A stretch of 15,969 bases of DNA from Candidatus Krumholzibacteriales bacterium (GTDB lineage: Bacteria > Krumholzibacteriota > Krumholzibacteriia > Krumholzibacteriales > WJIX01), in assembly GCA_046483305.1 (NCBI GenBank), contig JAWODM010000051.1, forward strand, positions 1-15,969. The letters are read 5' to 3'. The notes beneath the pieces are model-generated. The model was not told where the DNA came from. It was given only the letters and a program-made list of their open reading frames with translations, and did no database searches. The translations under genes and the position numbers were made by a program. Positions 8,154 to 15,969 of this stretch are shown here, in pieces. Every line of letters begins with the position of its first letter. Position 1 is the stretch's first letter.

Positions 8154-8966
8154 CTATTCTCCTTGCACTCTCTCGCTGAGCTTCCTGTACTCAGAAGTAA
8201 ATTCCAGTTTTTCGAAATCGGCCAGCACCCCTATTCTAATCTTGCCTTCCCTCTCTTCGGGGGACATCTTCTCCCACTTATTGACGGAGACGGTATTGTC
8301 CCGCAGCCATTCCATCAATTTGACCGGATTGGCTATTTTGTTCCTCCTGCCGTACGCGGTGGGGCAGGGGGTCAGTATCTCCACCAGGGAGAATCCATCC
8401 TTTTCCAGAGCCTGCTTGATCATCTTCTCGCACTGCCTGGTATGATAGACATCCGACCTGGCTACGAATGAAGCTCCGGCGCTGATGGCAAGTCCGGCGG
8501 TATTGAAGGGTGGTTCGATATTGCCGTATGGAGCTGTTGAAGCCTTGTCCCCCCTCGGGGTGGTAGGAGAACACTGGCCTCCGGTCATGCCGTAAATGTA
8601 ATTATTATAAAGCAGAACCGTCAGGTTAATGTTCCTTCTGGCCGCGTGAATAAAATGGTTGCCCCCTATGGCGGTAGCGTCCCCGTCGCCGGTCACCACG
8701 ATCACGTTCAGGCCGGGGTTGGCATGTTTGACGCCGGTGGCGAATGGAAGCGCCCTGCCGTGAGTGGTATGCAGGGTATTTATATCTACATACCCGGGAG
8801 TTCTGCTGGAACAGCCGATCCCCGAAACCATGACCGCCTCGTCCCGGGAGATGTTGAGATCGTCGATAGCCCTGATCAGGGCCTTGAGAATGATGCCGTC
8901 ACCGCAGCCGGGACACCAGATGTGCGGGAAGTTCCTGGTTCTTATAAACTTGAGGTAGTTAAACAT
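8154..8966 (-). CDS. korB: 2-oxoacid:ferredoxin oxidoreductase beta subunit (TPP-binding)
   Basis: Motifs WCPGCG, SGIGCSSR, HTTHGR, TPP motif GDGD...YNNYIYGMTGGQ, and TPCPT. ATG abuts the korA stop codon. Confidence 0.95.
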   Translation of the reverse strand: MFNYLKFIRTRNFPHIWCPGCGDGIILKALIRAIDDLNISRDEAVMVSGIGCSSRTPGYVDINTLHTTHGRALPFATGVKHANPGLNVIVVTGDGDATAIGGNHFIHAARRNINLTVLLYNNYIYGMTGGQCSPTTPRGDKASTAPYGNIEPPFNTAGLAISAGASFVARSDVYHTRQCEKMIKQALEKDGFSLVEILTPCPTAYGRRNKIANPVKLMEWLRDNTVSVNKWEKMSPEEREGKIRIGVLADFEKLEFTSEYRKLSERVQGE

Positions 8967-10112
8967 TTAAACCACCTCCTTCACTTTTTCCACTATCTGG
9001 GCGGGTCTTATCGGCTCCCCGTCAATCCTGCACAGAGAGAACACTTCCGCTCTGCCTTCAACAGCCAGTTTGACCTCCCTGGCCATCTGTCCCATATTCA
9101 TCTCCGGAACCACAAATTTATCCACCTGTCCGGCCAGTTCACTTACCTTTTCATAACAGAACGGCCATATCACAGTGGGCTCAAGCATACCCGCCCTGAT
9201 CCCCTCTTCCCTGCACATCGCCACAGCGCTTCGGGCCGAGCGCGAGACTGAACCGTAAGCGAAGATGATTATCTCGGCATCCCCGGTCATCCTCTCGCGG
9301 TAATCTATTATCTGATCCCTGTTGTCTTCGATCTTCCGGATTATTCTGGTAATATTCTTTTCTATCTCCACAGAATCATTGGTGGGAAAACCTGTACTGT
9401 CGTGACAGAGGCCGGTTACATTGTAACGGTATCCGGTGCCAAAATTGGCAAGAACCGGCACCCCGCTCTCTGTATCCCTGTAGGGAAGATAATCTTCCGG
9501 CGAATCGTCCGGTTTCCTGCGGTTGAAAACCTCTATCTCGCTTTCATCAGGAATCACCACTTTTTCGGTAGTGTGGCCTACTATCTCATCCAGAAGAAGA
9601 ATAACCGGCGTCATGAATTTTTCCGCCAGGTTGAAAGCCCTGATAGTCTGCTCATAGGTTTCCTGTGCCGACGCGGCCGCCAGCGCGATTATGGAATGAT
9701 CGCCGTGAGTCCCCCACCTGGCCTGCTGTACATCCATCTGGGAAGGAAGGGTGGGCATACCGGTGCTGGGGCCTCCTCTCATTACATTAACTATCACACA
9801 GGGAACCTCCGCCATACAGGCATATCCTATATTCTCCTGCTTGAGGCTGAACCCGGGGCCCGAAGTGGCGGTCATCGACTTAATCCCTGTAAGGGAAGCG
9901 CCTATGGTCGCTCCCATGGCAGCCAGTTCGTCCTCCATCTGAATAAACTTTCCTCCGATGCGGGGCAGGTTCCGAGACATGGTCTCGGCTATTTCCGAGG
10001 AAGGAGTGATGGGATATCCGGCGAAGAACCGGCATCCAGCCGCTATTGCTCCTTCCGCGCAGGCCTGATTGCCCTGCATCATTTTAACCTTGCCGGAACG
10101 ATCGACACTCAA
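8967..10112 (-). CDS. korA: 2-oxoacid:ferredoxin oxidoreductase alpha subunit (2-oxoglutarate-type family)
   Basis: Motifs GNQACAEGA, AGYPITPSSE, QMEDE, TATSGPG, RGGPSTGMPT, EMNMGQ. Start refined to in-frame TTG at 10112, 9 nt after AAGGAG (10122-10127); the ORF track start at 10157 overlaps the predicted promoter. Confidence 0.93.
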   Translation of the reverse strand: MSVDRSGKVKMMQGNQACAEGAIAAGCRFFAGYPITPSSEIAETMSRNLPRIGGKFIQMEDELAAMGATIGASLTGIKSMTATSGPGFSLKQENIGYACMAEVPCVIVNVMRGGPSTGMPTLPSQMDVQQARWGTHGDHSIIALAAASAQETYEQTIRAFNLAEKFMTPVILLLDEIVGHTTEKVVIPDESEIEVFNRRKPDDSPEDYLPYRDTESGVPVLANFGTGYRYNVTGLCHDSTGFPTNDSVEIEKNITRIIRKIEDNRDQIIDYRERMTGDAEIIIFAYGSVSRSARSAVAMCREEGIRAGMLEPTVIWPFCYEKVSELAGQVDKFVVPEMNMGQMAREVKLAVEGRAEVFSLCRIDGEPIRPAQIVEKVKEVV

Positions 10113-10137
10113 AATCTCCCTCTCCTTATACATTGCC

Positions 10138-10166
10138 AGTGTATCGCGATAATACACCGATGTGAA
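10138..10166 (-). promoter_or_regulatory. Candidate internal sigma70 promoter for korABC and downstream genes, overlapped by an inverted repeat
   Basis: Minus strand TTCACA (10166-10161), 17 nt spacer, TACACT (10143-10138), with a T-rich upstream tract. Inverted repeat GTGTAT-N7-ATACAC at 10139-10157. Confidence 0.55.
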
Positions 10167-10181
10167 AAAAAGCCAGTAAAT

Positions 10182-10211
10182 AAAAAAAAGGACTTTTATG
10201 CAAAGTCCTTT
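10182..10211 (-). terminator. Intrinsic terminator immediately after korD
   Basis: Stem AAAGGACTTT (10187-10196) / AAAGTCCTTT (10202-10211) with a 5-nt loop. On the minus strand it runs into a T8 tract (A8 at 10182-10189 on +). Confidence 0.75.
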
Positions 10212-10419
10212 ATTCTACGGTAATAGCGAAATCAGGGCATCTGAGTTCACACAACATGCACTTTATACAGTCATCCGGCCTGGCGACTTTGAGAACCCCC
10301 TCATTGATCTCCAGAACATCCTTGGGGCAGAACGCAACACAGATCCCGCATTTCTTGCACCAGCTGCCGTTTACCCTGATGACCGCCGGCTTCTTCGAAG
10401 CCGGCTGTTCATCACTCAT
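10210..10419 (-). CDS. korD: 2[4Fe-4S] ferredoxin / 2-oxoacid:ferredoxin oxidoreductase delta subunit
   Basis: Two CxxCxxCxxxCP motifs (CKKCGICVAFCP; CIKCMLCELRCP) ending in CPDFAI, typical of KorD/OorD. RBS GGGAG; lies upstream of korA. Confidence 0.92.
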   Translation of the reverse strand: MSDEQPASKKPAVIRVNGSWCKKCGICVAFCPKDVLEINEGVLKVARPDDCIKCMLCELRCPDFAITVE

Positions 10420-10498
10420 TCTATCTTCTCCCGGTTTTATCCAGTCAATTAATCAAGCAAAATTAACGCTCACAACGACCGCCCTCCAAATCACCGAC

Positions 10499-10527
10499 AA
10501 TATATAAGACCTTCAATAGTTTATCAA
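10499..10527 (-). promoter_or_regulatory. Candidate sigma70 promoter for korD
   Basis: Minus strand TTGATA (10527-10522), 17 nt spacer, TATATT (10504-10499), in an AT-rich intergenic region about 80 nt upstream of the korD ATG. Confidence 0.6.
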
Positions 10528-10835
10528 GCCATTATATGGGATATAACAGTTTTTTTTGGCTCCGGCCGGATAAAAGACAAATGATAGCCCTGTAAGTGAT
10601 TAATATCAAATACATAAGAGATTCATTAAAATTAAATAATAATATTAAAGCTGCCAGTTGGTTATGTCACCTGTTGAATTCCAGATCGATGAGTGGAAAT
10701 GTTATGCAATCCATTGAATCGCCATTAGAATATAACGGCAATAATAGCCTGAATTCCTTCCTGCCGTCCGCCGGAGGCAGAAATTGCCGCTTCATGGCCC
10801 CTCATGGATATTTGATCCCGGGTTAAAAGACAGGT

Positions 10836-12821
10836 TCAGTGCTTATACCTGTGCAGCCCGCTCGAAGCGGTGCCTATCCAGATGGTGCCATTACTATCCT
10901 CAGCAATAGAAAGGACCCTCTCGCCGCTGAACCCCGAACCGAGGCCGTAATGTTTCCAGTCGCCGCCCCGGAAGACGAAAAGGCCATGATTTTCCGTTCC
11001 CAGCCAGAGCTCCGAACCGCTGCTTTCGAGTACGGCGCTGGGAATAATTTCAACTCCAGGGTCGGGAAGAGACATCTTCATCCATTCTCCCGAGCGGTTT
11101 GAATAAATATCCCTGCCGTCAACGTAGAGGCAGTTTCCGTCAGCTCCCCCACCGATACATGCCCCTATCTTTGCCGCATCCGCCATTCCGTCAGATTCGG
11201 CGAGGACCCGCACCGCGGGGTCATCGTCAAAATTCAGCAGGGAGGGCTGTTCCCTGTCCTTCCCGGGGCTGACATAACCGCCCGGAGTATCATCAACCCA
11301 GCCGGGCCCCTCGAAACTGATCAGCCTGCCCGGGAAAGTCAAAGCCCGGACCTTTCCGCCGCCTGACACCATCAGATCTGATATCCTGTTGTCCTGCAAA
11401 CCGCTTTCTTCGTCATATACAAACCACTTGCCCTCTTTCAGGCACAGCACCCCCTGATCAAAGGTTCCAAACCAGATCTCGCCATCCGCCCCTATATCGA
11501 CTGATGTCAGATATTCAGTGGGCAGGCCGACTCTCCGGTCGTAAACTTCCCAATCCCCCTCTCTGAAATGCAGGGCGCCGAACCGGGTGGACAACCAGAA
11601 TTCTCCTTCCCGCGGCATAGCGATACCGGTCACCGCGCTTTCATACCATGGCGCGGGAAGCTTTATCGCCGATAGTGTCTCGCCATACCTGTACAGGCCT
11701 TTTTCCGTTACCAGCATAAGCTGATCGCCTTCCGGATAAATACCTGATACCCGTAAAGCCGGAAATCTCTGGGGGATCATTACCTTTCTCGCGCTTTCCC
11801 TGCCCAGGACCACCACAACCCCTTCATCGGAACCGAGAAAACAGTTTCCGGAGTAATCATGGTGGACGGAGAGAAAGTTATATCCGCCGAGAGAGATGCT
11901 CTCTGTAATAAGGGGAGTCCATCCTGAACCGTCATAGTAACAGGCTCCCCCCTCCCCTGCCGCTATCAACCTTCCGTCCGGAGCCAGGCTGAACTCTCTG
12001 AGGTTCCATCCGGGAAGCCCGTCTTCAGCTCCGTAAGCAGTAGTCTTACCGAACTTGTACCTGGCCAGCCCGTTCTGCCTGACCGCGATAAACAGGTTTC
12101 TGTTTTCGTCAAATATCAGATCGTTGACCGCTCCAATGGGGATCTTTCTTCCGTAACGTATCGACTCCCATCTGAAGCTGTCCGCCCGGCATACTCCGCT
12201 GGCAGTTCCGAACCAGATCTGAGAAGCGGTCTCCTCCGTAATACTCAGAACCCTGTTATCCAGGAGGGAATCCTCTTCGGTGTAGACTGTCAGAGAATTC
12301 GATGAAAGGTAGCCGCAGCCCTGCCCGTAAGTGGCAATCCACATTTTCCTGTTTCCAACCATCAGGTCCCTGACCCTTCTGAAAAACGGATTGACTGATT
12401 CGTCGTATACCTTCCAGGTGCTGTCCCTCAGGCAGACCCCCTCGTCACACCCCACCCACAACCTGTAATAGTCGTCAACCGTTATCGACCTGACCGAATT
12501 CATCGGGAAGTTTCCTATCGCCGAGACCGAATCGGTCATCAGGTCCCACGCGAACAGGCCTCCTTCGGTTCCGATCCATAGAGTATCATAGCTGGCGTGA
12601 AGAGCCCTTACCTCTCTGGAGGGGATAAAATCTAAGAACCTGCCGCCCCCCGCGGAATTCCTTTTGACCCTTTCCGGGAAAACAATGGAAGTATCTCCGG
12701 AAGTAAGAAAGCCGGCGATTTCGGGGGTATCCGGCCCCTTCCCCGGTAATCTCTGAGAGAAAAGCGGAGTTGCCATGAATAATGATATCAGCACGAAAAT
12801 AACGGTAACTTTTTCAACCAT
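10836..12821 (-). CDS. Secreted multi-blade beta-propeller protein (two-component regulator propeller, Reg_prop-like repeats), no kinase domain
   Basis: Start refined to ATG 12821 (RBS GGGAGAG at 12831-12837), giving signal peptide MVEKVTVIFVLISLFMATPLFS-Q. Recurrent blades such as LWIGTEGGL, GLP..., V.SI.ED..G.IW.GT, IWFGTFDQGV, LWLGTENHGL. Confidence 0.82.
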   Translation of the reverse strand: MVEKVTVIFVLISLFMATPLFSQRLPGKGPDTPEIAGFLTSGDTSIVFPERVKRNSAGGGRFLDFIPSREVRALHASYDTLWIGTEGGLFAWDLMTDSVSAIGNFPMNSVRSITVDDYYRLWVGCDEGVCLRDSTWKVYDESVNPFFRRVRDLMVGNRKMWIATYGQGCGYLSSNSLTVYTEEDSLLDNRVLSITEETASQIWFGTASGVCRADSFRWESIRYGRKIPIGAVNDLIFDENRNLFIAVRQNGLARYKFGKTTAYGAEDGLPGWNLREFSLAPDGRLIAAGEGGACYYDGSGWTPLITESISLGGYNFLSVHHDYSGNCFLGSDEGVVVVLGRESARKVMIPQRFPALRVSGIYPEGDQLMLVTEKGLYRYGETLSAIKLPAPWYESAVTGIAMPREGEFWLSTRFGALHFREGDWEVYDRRVGLPTEYLTSVDIGADGEIWFGTFDQGVLCLKEGKWFVYDEESGLQDNRISDLMVSGGGKVRALTFPGRLISFEGPGWVDDTPGGYVSPGKDREQPSLLNFDDDPAVRVLAESDGMADAAKIGACIGGGADGNCLYVDGRDIYSNRSGEWMKMSLPDPGVEIIPSAVLESSGSELWLGTENHGLFVFRGGDWKHYGLGSGFSGERVLSIAEDSNGTIWIGTASSGLHRYKH

Positions 12822-12862
12822 AACAGATAACTCTCCCGAATACTCCAGAATCTTCTGTTGGG

Positions 12863-12891
12863 ACTTTAGCCCAATTATTATGAAATTGCAA
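12863..12891 (-). promoter_or_regulatory. Candidate sigma70 promoter for the beta-propeller gene
   Basis: Minus strand TTGCAA (12891-12886), 17 nt spacer, TAAAGT (12868-12863). The -10 is bracketed by TTGGG/CCCAA (12858-12874). Confidence 0.45.
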
Positions 12892-12933
12892 GCTTTAGAA
12901 TTAACCTGTTGGCGAACTGCTCTGCCGGAATTT

Positions 12934-14349
12934 TCAGACACCTTCCCGGGCAGATATCCCTGCGCCAGTCAACGCGTCGGAGCCGGGAGTGTGCACCAGC
13001 AGATGAAGAAATGAGCTTATATCATATCCGGTCAGATTCCTGATTTCATCAATCAGCAGCTCTTCATCGACCAAAACCCCGAACTCATTTCCTTCATAGA
13101 TGCTCCTGAGAACATCCAGCAGGGAGACGCGGCCGTCCGATATCTTTTCGAGGTGCCGGTCCAGCGCCGAAGCGGCCAGGAACCCTCCGTCGTACATCAG
13201 CTTCACCATATATTTGTCGCTCATGTCGCTGTTTCCCGCATCGGCTACCGGCACTGTCTCCCGGTATGGGTTTTTCAGATAGCTCTCCCTTATCCTCCCG
13301 GCTTTGCCGCGGTACTGCCGCCGGTCTATTATCCCCAGCTCCAGCAGAACCTTGTAAGAATAATAGACGGTCACCCCTTCGGAGAACCACATCAACCGCT
13401 CCGAAGCCGGCCTGATCGCCTCCCCGTTCCAGTTATGGAAGAATTCGTGGGAAACTACCGACATATTCAGATTGTACAGATCGCTTCTGCTGATCCGCGG
13501 ATCAAACAGAAGAAGTACATTGGGACCCTGATGCACACCGTAATAATCGAATCCGCTGTCTCCCTGAACCGGGTTTCTGTCCAGCACAAAGAGGTATCTG
13601 CTGTGCGGCGATGAACCGAACATGCCGATCTCGTAAGCCACAATATCCTTTATTACCGAAAATATCTCTTCGATCCGGAAGGGCCAGGCCCCGGAGGTCA
13701 CCAGCATGACCTCGGCCGAACCGATAACAGCGCTTTCACTCTGATACTCACCTGAAAGGCAGACAGTATGCTTAAGCTGAGAAGAGTTTTCCAGGATCAT
13801 CCTGCTGCCCACCGACCTGTGAACAGAGAAGATCCCGCCGGGCCGTCCGGCCCCGTAATCTACCAGCAGGCCGCCGGCTATCTTTATCTCCGGTATCAGA
13901 AAAAGATCGCTGCCCAGGAACCTGAACCTGTCCTCCCGGAGAAGGGAAAGCTTCTTTCTTACCAGTGGAGAGAAGCGGTCCTCGCTCATGAGAATAACCT
14001 GATAGGAAAGATCAAAATCTCTTCTGCCGTTAAGTACCGTCCAGGTTCCGGCCGATTCCCTGACTTCCAGCTCCTCGCCATCCTCGCAGAGAGCCGCAAT
14101 ATCCAGGGGGTCGATACTACATCCGGCCGCCGGGCTGAACGACACCTGATAATCGGGAGAGCACCTGTACTTTACGTTAATCTCAACGAGATTAAGGCGG
14201 TAATCCAGCACCTCCACCGAATAGCTGACAAAAGGCTCCCGCCTTCCCGCTACCAGCCCGTCCCGGGCCAGAATGGCAGCTATTGCCGCGGCCAGGATGA
14301 CAAGAGGGATATAACGATATAACTTACTGGCTGACAATTTATCCGTCAT
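12934..14349 (-). CDS. Membrane-anchored or secreted zinc metallopeptidase, M61 (glycyl aminopeptidase)-like gluzincin
   Basis: HEFFHNWNG (HExxH), WFSEGVTVYY (third ligand Glu) and downstream YDGG (catalytic Tyr region). N-terminal hydrophobic segment IPLVILAAAIAAILA. Start refined to ATG 14349 with GGAGG at 14359-14363. Confidence 0.85.
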   Translation of the reverse strand: MTDKLSASKLYRYIPLVILAAAIAAILARDGLVAGRREPFVSYSVEVLDYRLNLVEINVKYRCSPDYQVSFSPAAGCSIDPLDIAALCEDGEELEVRESAGTWTVLNGRRDFDLSYQVILMSEDRFSPLVRKKLSLLREDRFRFLGSDLFLIPEIKIAGGLLVDYGAGRPGGIFSVHRSVGSRMILENSSQLKHTVCLSGEYQSESAVIGSAEVMLVTSGAWPFRIEEIFSVIKDIVAYEIGMFGSSPHSRYLFVLDRNPVQGDSGFDYYGVHQGPNVLLLFDPRISRSDLYNLNMSVVSHEFFHNWNGEAIRPASERLMWFSEGVTVYYSYKVLLELGIIDRRQYRGKAGRIRESYLKNPYRETVPVADAGNSDMSDKYMVKLMYDGGFLAASALDRHLEKISDGRVSLLDVLRSIYEGNEFGVLVDEELLIDEIRNLTGYDISSFLHLLVHTPGSDALTGAGISAREGV

Positions 14350-14618
14350 CTGAACAGACCTCCGCTTTCGAATCAGCAATAGCCGTTCCATATTATACAA
14401 TCGGCCCTCCATTATAAAATTAAGCTGTTTGCTGACAGCTAAATACAGGAATTATAAACAGCCTGTTCCGATATTATTCCACTCCGGCTCAGGGCCGGCC
14501 GCTCCTGTCACGGTAAGCGAATATCAACTCCGGCGGCGATATGCAGTTATATTCTGGTTAAGATGCCGATAATCTGATATGTTATCATTATGAGCGCGGA
14601 AGGAAGGAGTTTACGGTG

Positions 14619-15359
14619 ATGGAAGGACTGATATCGCATGCCGCGGCCGTTCTTTCCGGTTCTGAGCTAACAGCTGTTTCCACCGGGGCGGGTATATCCA
14701 GAGAGAGCGGTATCCCGACTTTCCGGGGAAGCGACGGAATCTGGAAGGAACATAAACCGGAGGAGCTGGCCAGCAGAGAGGGGTTCCTCTCAGACCCGGC
14801 GCTGGTATGGAAGTGGTACCGGCAGAGATTATTCACCGCCAGAGAGAAGGAACCGAATCCCGGGCACAGAGCCCTGGCAGAGATGGAATCGGTTATCCCC
14901 TCTCTCACCGTGATTACTCAGAATGTGGATAACCTTCACAGAAGAGCAGGCAGCGGTAATGTGGTAGAACTTCACGGCAACATCGAGCGTTTCAAATGCC
15001 TTGAGCGGTCCCACCCGGCGGAATTCGACCCTGAATGGGGGGATGAACCTCCCCGCTGCCGTATCTGCGGCTCTCTTATCCGGCCGGATATAGTCTGGTT
15101 CGGGGAGCCCCTGCCGCGCGAGGAGCTGGAATACGCTTTCGATATCTCCTCCCGCTGCGATACCTTTCTTATAGTGGGAACAAGCGGCCTGGTGCAGCCC
15201 GCATCTCATCTTCCCCTTCTGGCAAAGAGAAGCGGGGCGAAGCTGATTGAAATTAATGTGAAAGAATCGGCGCTTACCGGACTGGTTGATATCTTTCTGC
15301 AGGGCCGGTCCGGAGAGATACTTCCTGATATTATAAATGAAATGAACGCGCGGAGATAA
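14619..15359 (+). CDS. cobB: NAD-dependent protein deacylase, class III sirtuin
   Basis: Motifs TGAGISRESGIPTFRG, WYRQR (YxxR), TQNVDNLH, ELHGN, RPDIVWFGE, GTSGLVQPA, IEIN. RBS AAGGAG upstream; GTG 14616 is an alternative start. Confidence 0.95.
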   Translation: MEGLISHAAAVLSGSELTAVSTGAGISRESGIPTFRGSDGIWKEHKPEELASREGFLSDPALVWKWYRQRLFTAREKEPNPGHRALAEMESVIPSLTVITQNVDNLHRRAGSGNVVELHGNIERFKCLERSHPAEFDPEWGDEPPRCRICGSLIRPDIVWFGEPLPREELEYAFDISSRCDTFLIVGTSGLVQPASHLPLLAKRSGAKLIEINVKESALTGLVDIFLQGRSGEILPDIINEMNARR

Positions 15360-15367
15360 ACTGCAGG

Positions 15368-15969
15368 CTATATCCTGAAGAACTTTCTCAAGCCTTTGAT
15401 ATCGGATTTGAACAGCTCGACCAGCTCGTTGAAAGCCCGTTCCTCCTGCTGGGTTCTGTCCCTGGTGGAAATCCAGGCCCAGAATACAATAATTATCGAA
15501 ACCCACAGCGCTCCGGCCAGGGCCGCTATCAGGACTATACTCCAGGGGGGAAGCCCGGCGCGCTCTTCAGGGATGTTGGGGTAGCTTACCACCTGGACGC
15601 TGGGAGTGGTTCTCGCCCTGTCGATACCGGCCTCCTGATACCTTTCCAGCAGAAAGGAATAGACCCGCTCGGCCACTTCAAGGTCCCTGGTCATGGCGGC
15701 GTATTCCTGTTTCAGGCGGGGGAGCCGTTTCAACGGAACAAAAACGGAGTAATCATCTCCATCCTCGACCATCTCCTTCAGCTTTTCAGTCAGTTTCTCA
15801 TACTCAGCCCGCTTGCTTTTCAGAGCCACGGTCCGGTCGCTGGAATATTCCCTGAGAAGCTCCAGGTCGATCCCCGCCAGAACCTGCCTCAGTTTCAGGT
15901 TGACCGCCAATTTGATGGCGCCTTCGGTCTGCTCGGTAAAATCCGCTATTCCATGCCGGCTCTGAAAAT
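15368..15969 (-). CDS. 3' part of a Wzz/GumC (polysaccharide co-polymerase, GNVR-domain-like) membrane protein; 5' end lies outside the window
   Basis: Frame stays open to the window edge (FQSRHGIADFTEQ...). Coiled coil, then YAAMTRDLEVAERVYSFLLERYQEA, VQVVSYPNIPE, a TM helix and a short tail. No tyrosine-kinase domain. Confidence 0.8.
   Translation of the reverse strand, partial: FQSRHGIADFTEQTEGAIKLAVNLKLRQVLAGIDLELLREYSSDRTVALKSKRAEYEKLTEKLKEMVEDGDDYSVFVPLKRLPRLKQEYAAMTRDLEVAERVYSFLLERYQEAGIDRARTTPSVQVVSYPNIPEERAGLPPWSIVLIAALAGALWVSIIIVFWAWISTRDRTQQEERAFNELVELFKSDIKGLRKFFRI

Noticed and set aside
10160..10178. TGTGAA resembling a Rex box (also at 7585-7590 on the minus strand)
   Set aside because: Only one half-site matches TTGTGAA-N4-TTCACAA in each case.
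10596..10826. 76-aa + strand ORF in the AT-rich intergenic region
   Set aside because: No RBS and atypical composition; more likely upstream regulatory DNA of korD.
12822..12941. ORF-track N-terminal extension of the propeller gene overlapping the peptidase stop
   Set aside because: A better start with RBS and signal peptide exists at 12821; the extension covers a predicted promoter.
14423..14467. AGCTGT-N6-ACAGCT and AACAG-C-CTGTT palindromes plus three minus-strand TATAAT hexamers in the divergent peptidase/cobB spacer
   Set aside because: Spacing does not fit a LexA box (CTGT-N8-ACAG), no convincing -35 partner was found, and the repeats are short enough to be chance.
1..15969. CRISPR arrays, IS/transposase, integrase, tRNA/rRNA, defence systems (including the sirtuin as a Thoeris/Sir2 defence protein)
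   Set aside because: No regularly spaced repeats or mobile-element genes were seen; the sirtuin has canonical housekeeping CobB motifs and no defence partners.

Overview
Bacterial chromosomal window from a probably anaerobic organism (inferred from its ferredoxin-dependent enzymes). No mobile element, CRISPR array, rRNA or tRNA was recognised. The core is a co-oriented minus-strand cluster of about 9.2 kb (10419 to 1235): four-subunit 2-oxoacid:ferredoxin oxidoreductase (korD-korA-korB-korC), a malic enzyme, a beta-decarboxylating dehydrogenase of the isocitrate/isopropylmalate family, and two complete LeuCD/HacAB-type [4Fe-4S] hydro-lyases. One hydro-lyase is a large+small fusion with altered catalytic motifs and the other is a conventional split pair. 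The dehydrogenase combines a homoisocitrate-dehydrogenase-like substrate motif (SPIVALR) with an NADP-type cofactor motif (HGSAPKY). The window contains no LeuA/homocitrate/citrate synthase and no other Leu/Lys gene. This looks more like an unusual, TCA-like (tri)carboxylate module than leucine biosynthesis and is the best candidate for an undescribed system. Flanking genes encode a collagen-like-repeat lipoprotein, a stand-alone secreted Reg_prop beta-propeller protein, an M61-like zinc peptidase, a CobB sirtuin, and the 3' end of a Wzz/GumC-like polysaccharide co-polymerase. Several terminators, sigma70-like promoters and inverted repeats are visible by eye. All calls come from motif recognition only; no searches were run.
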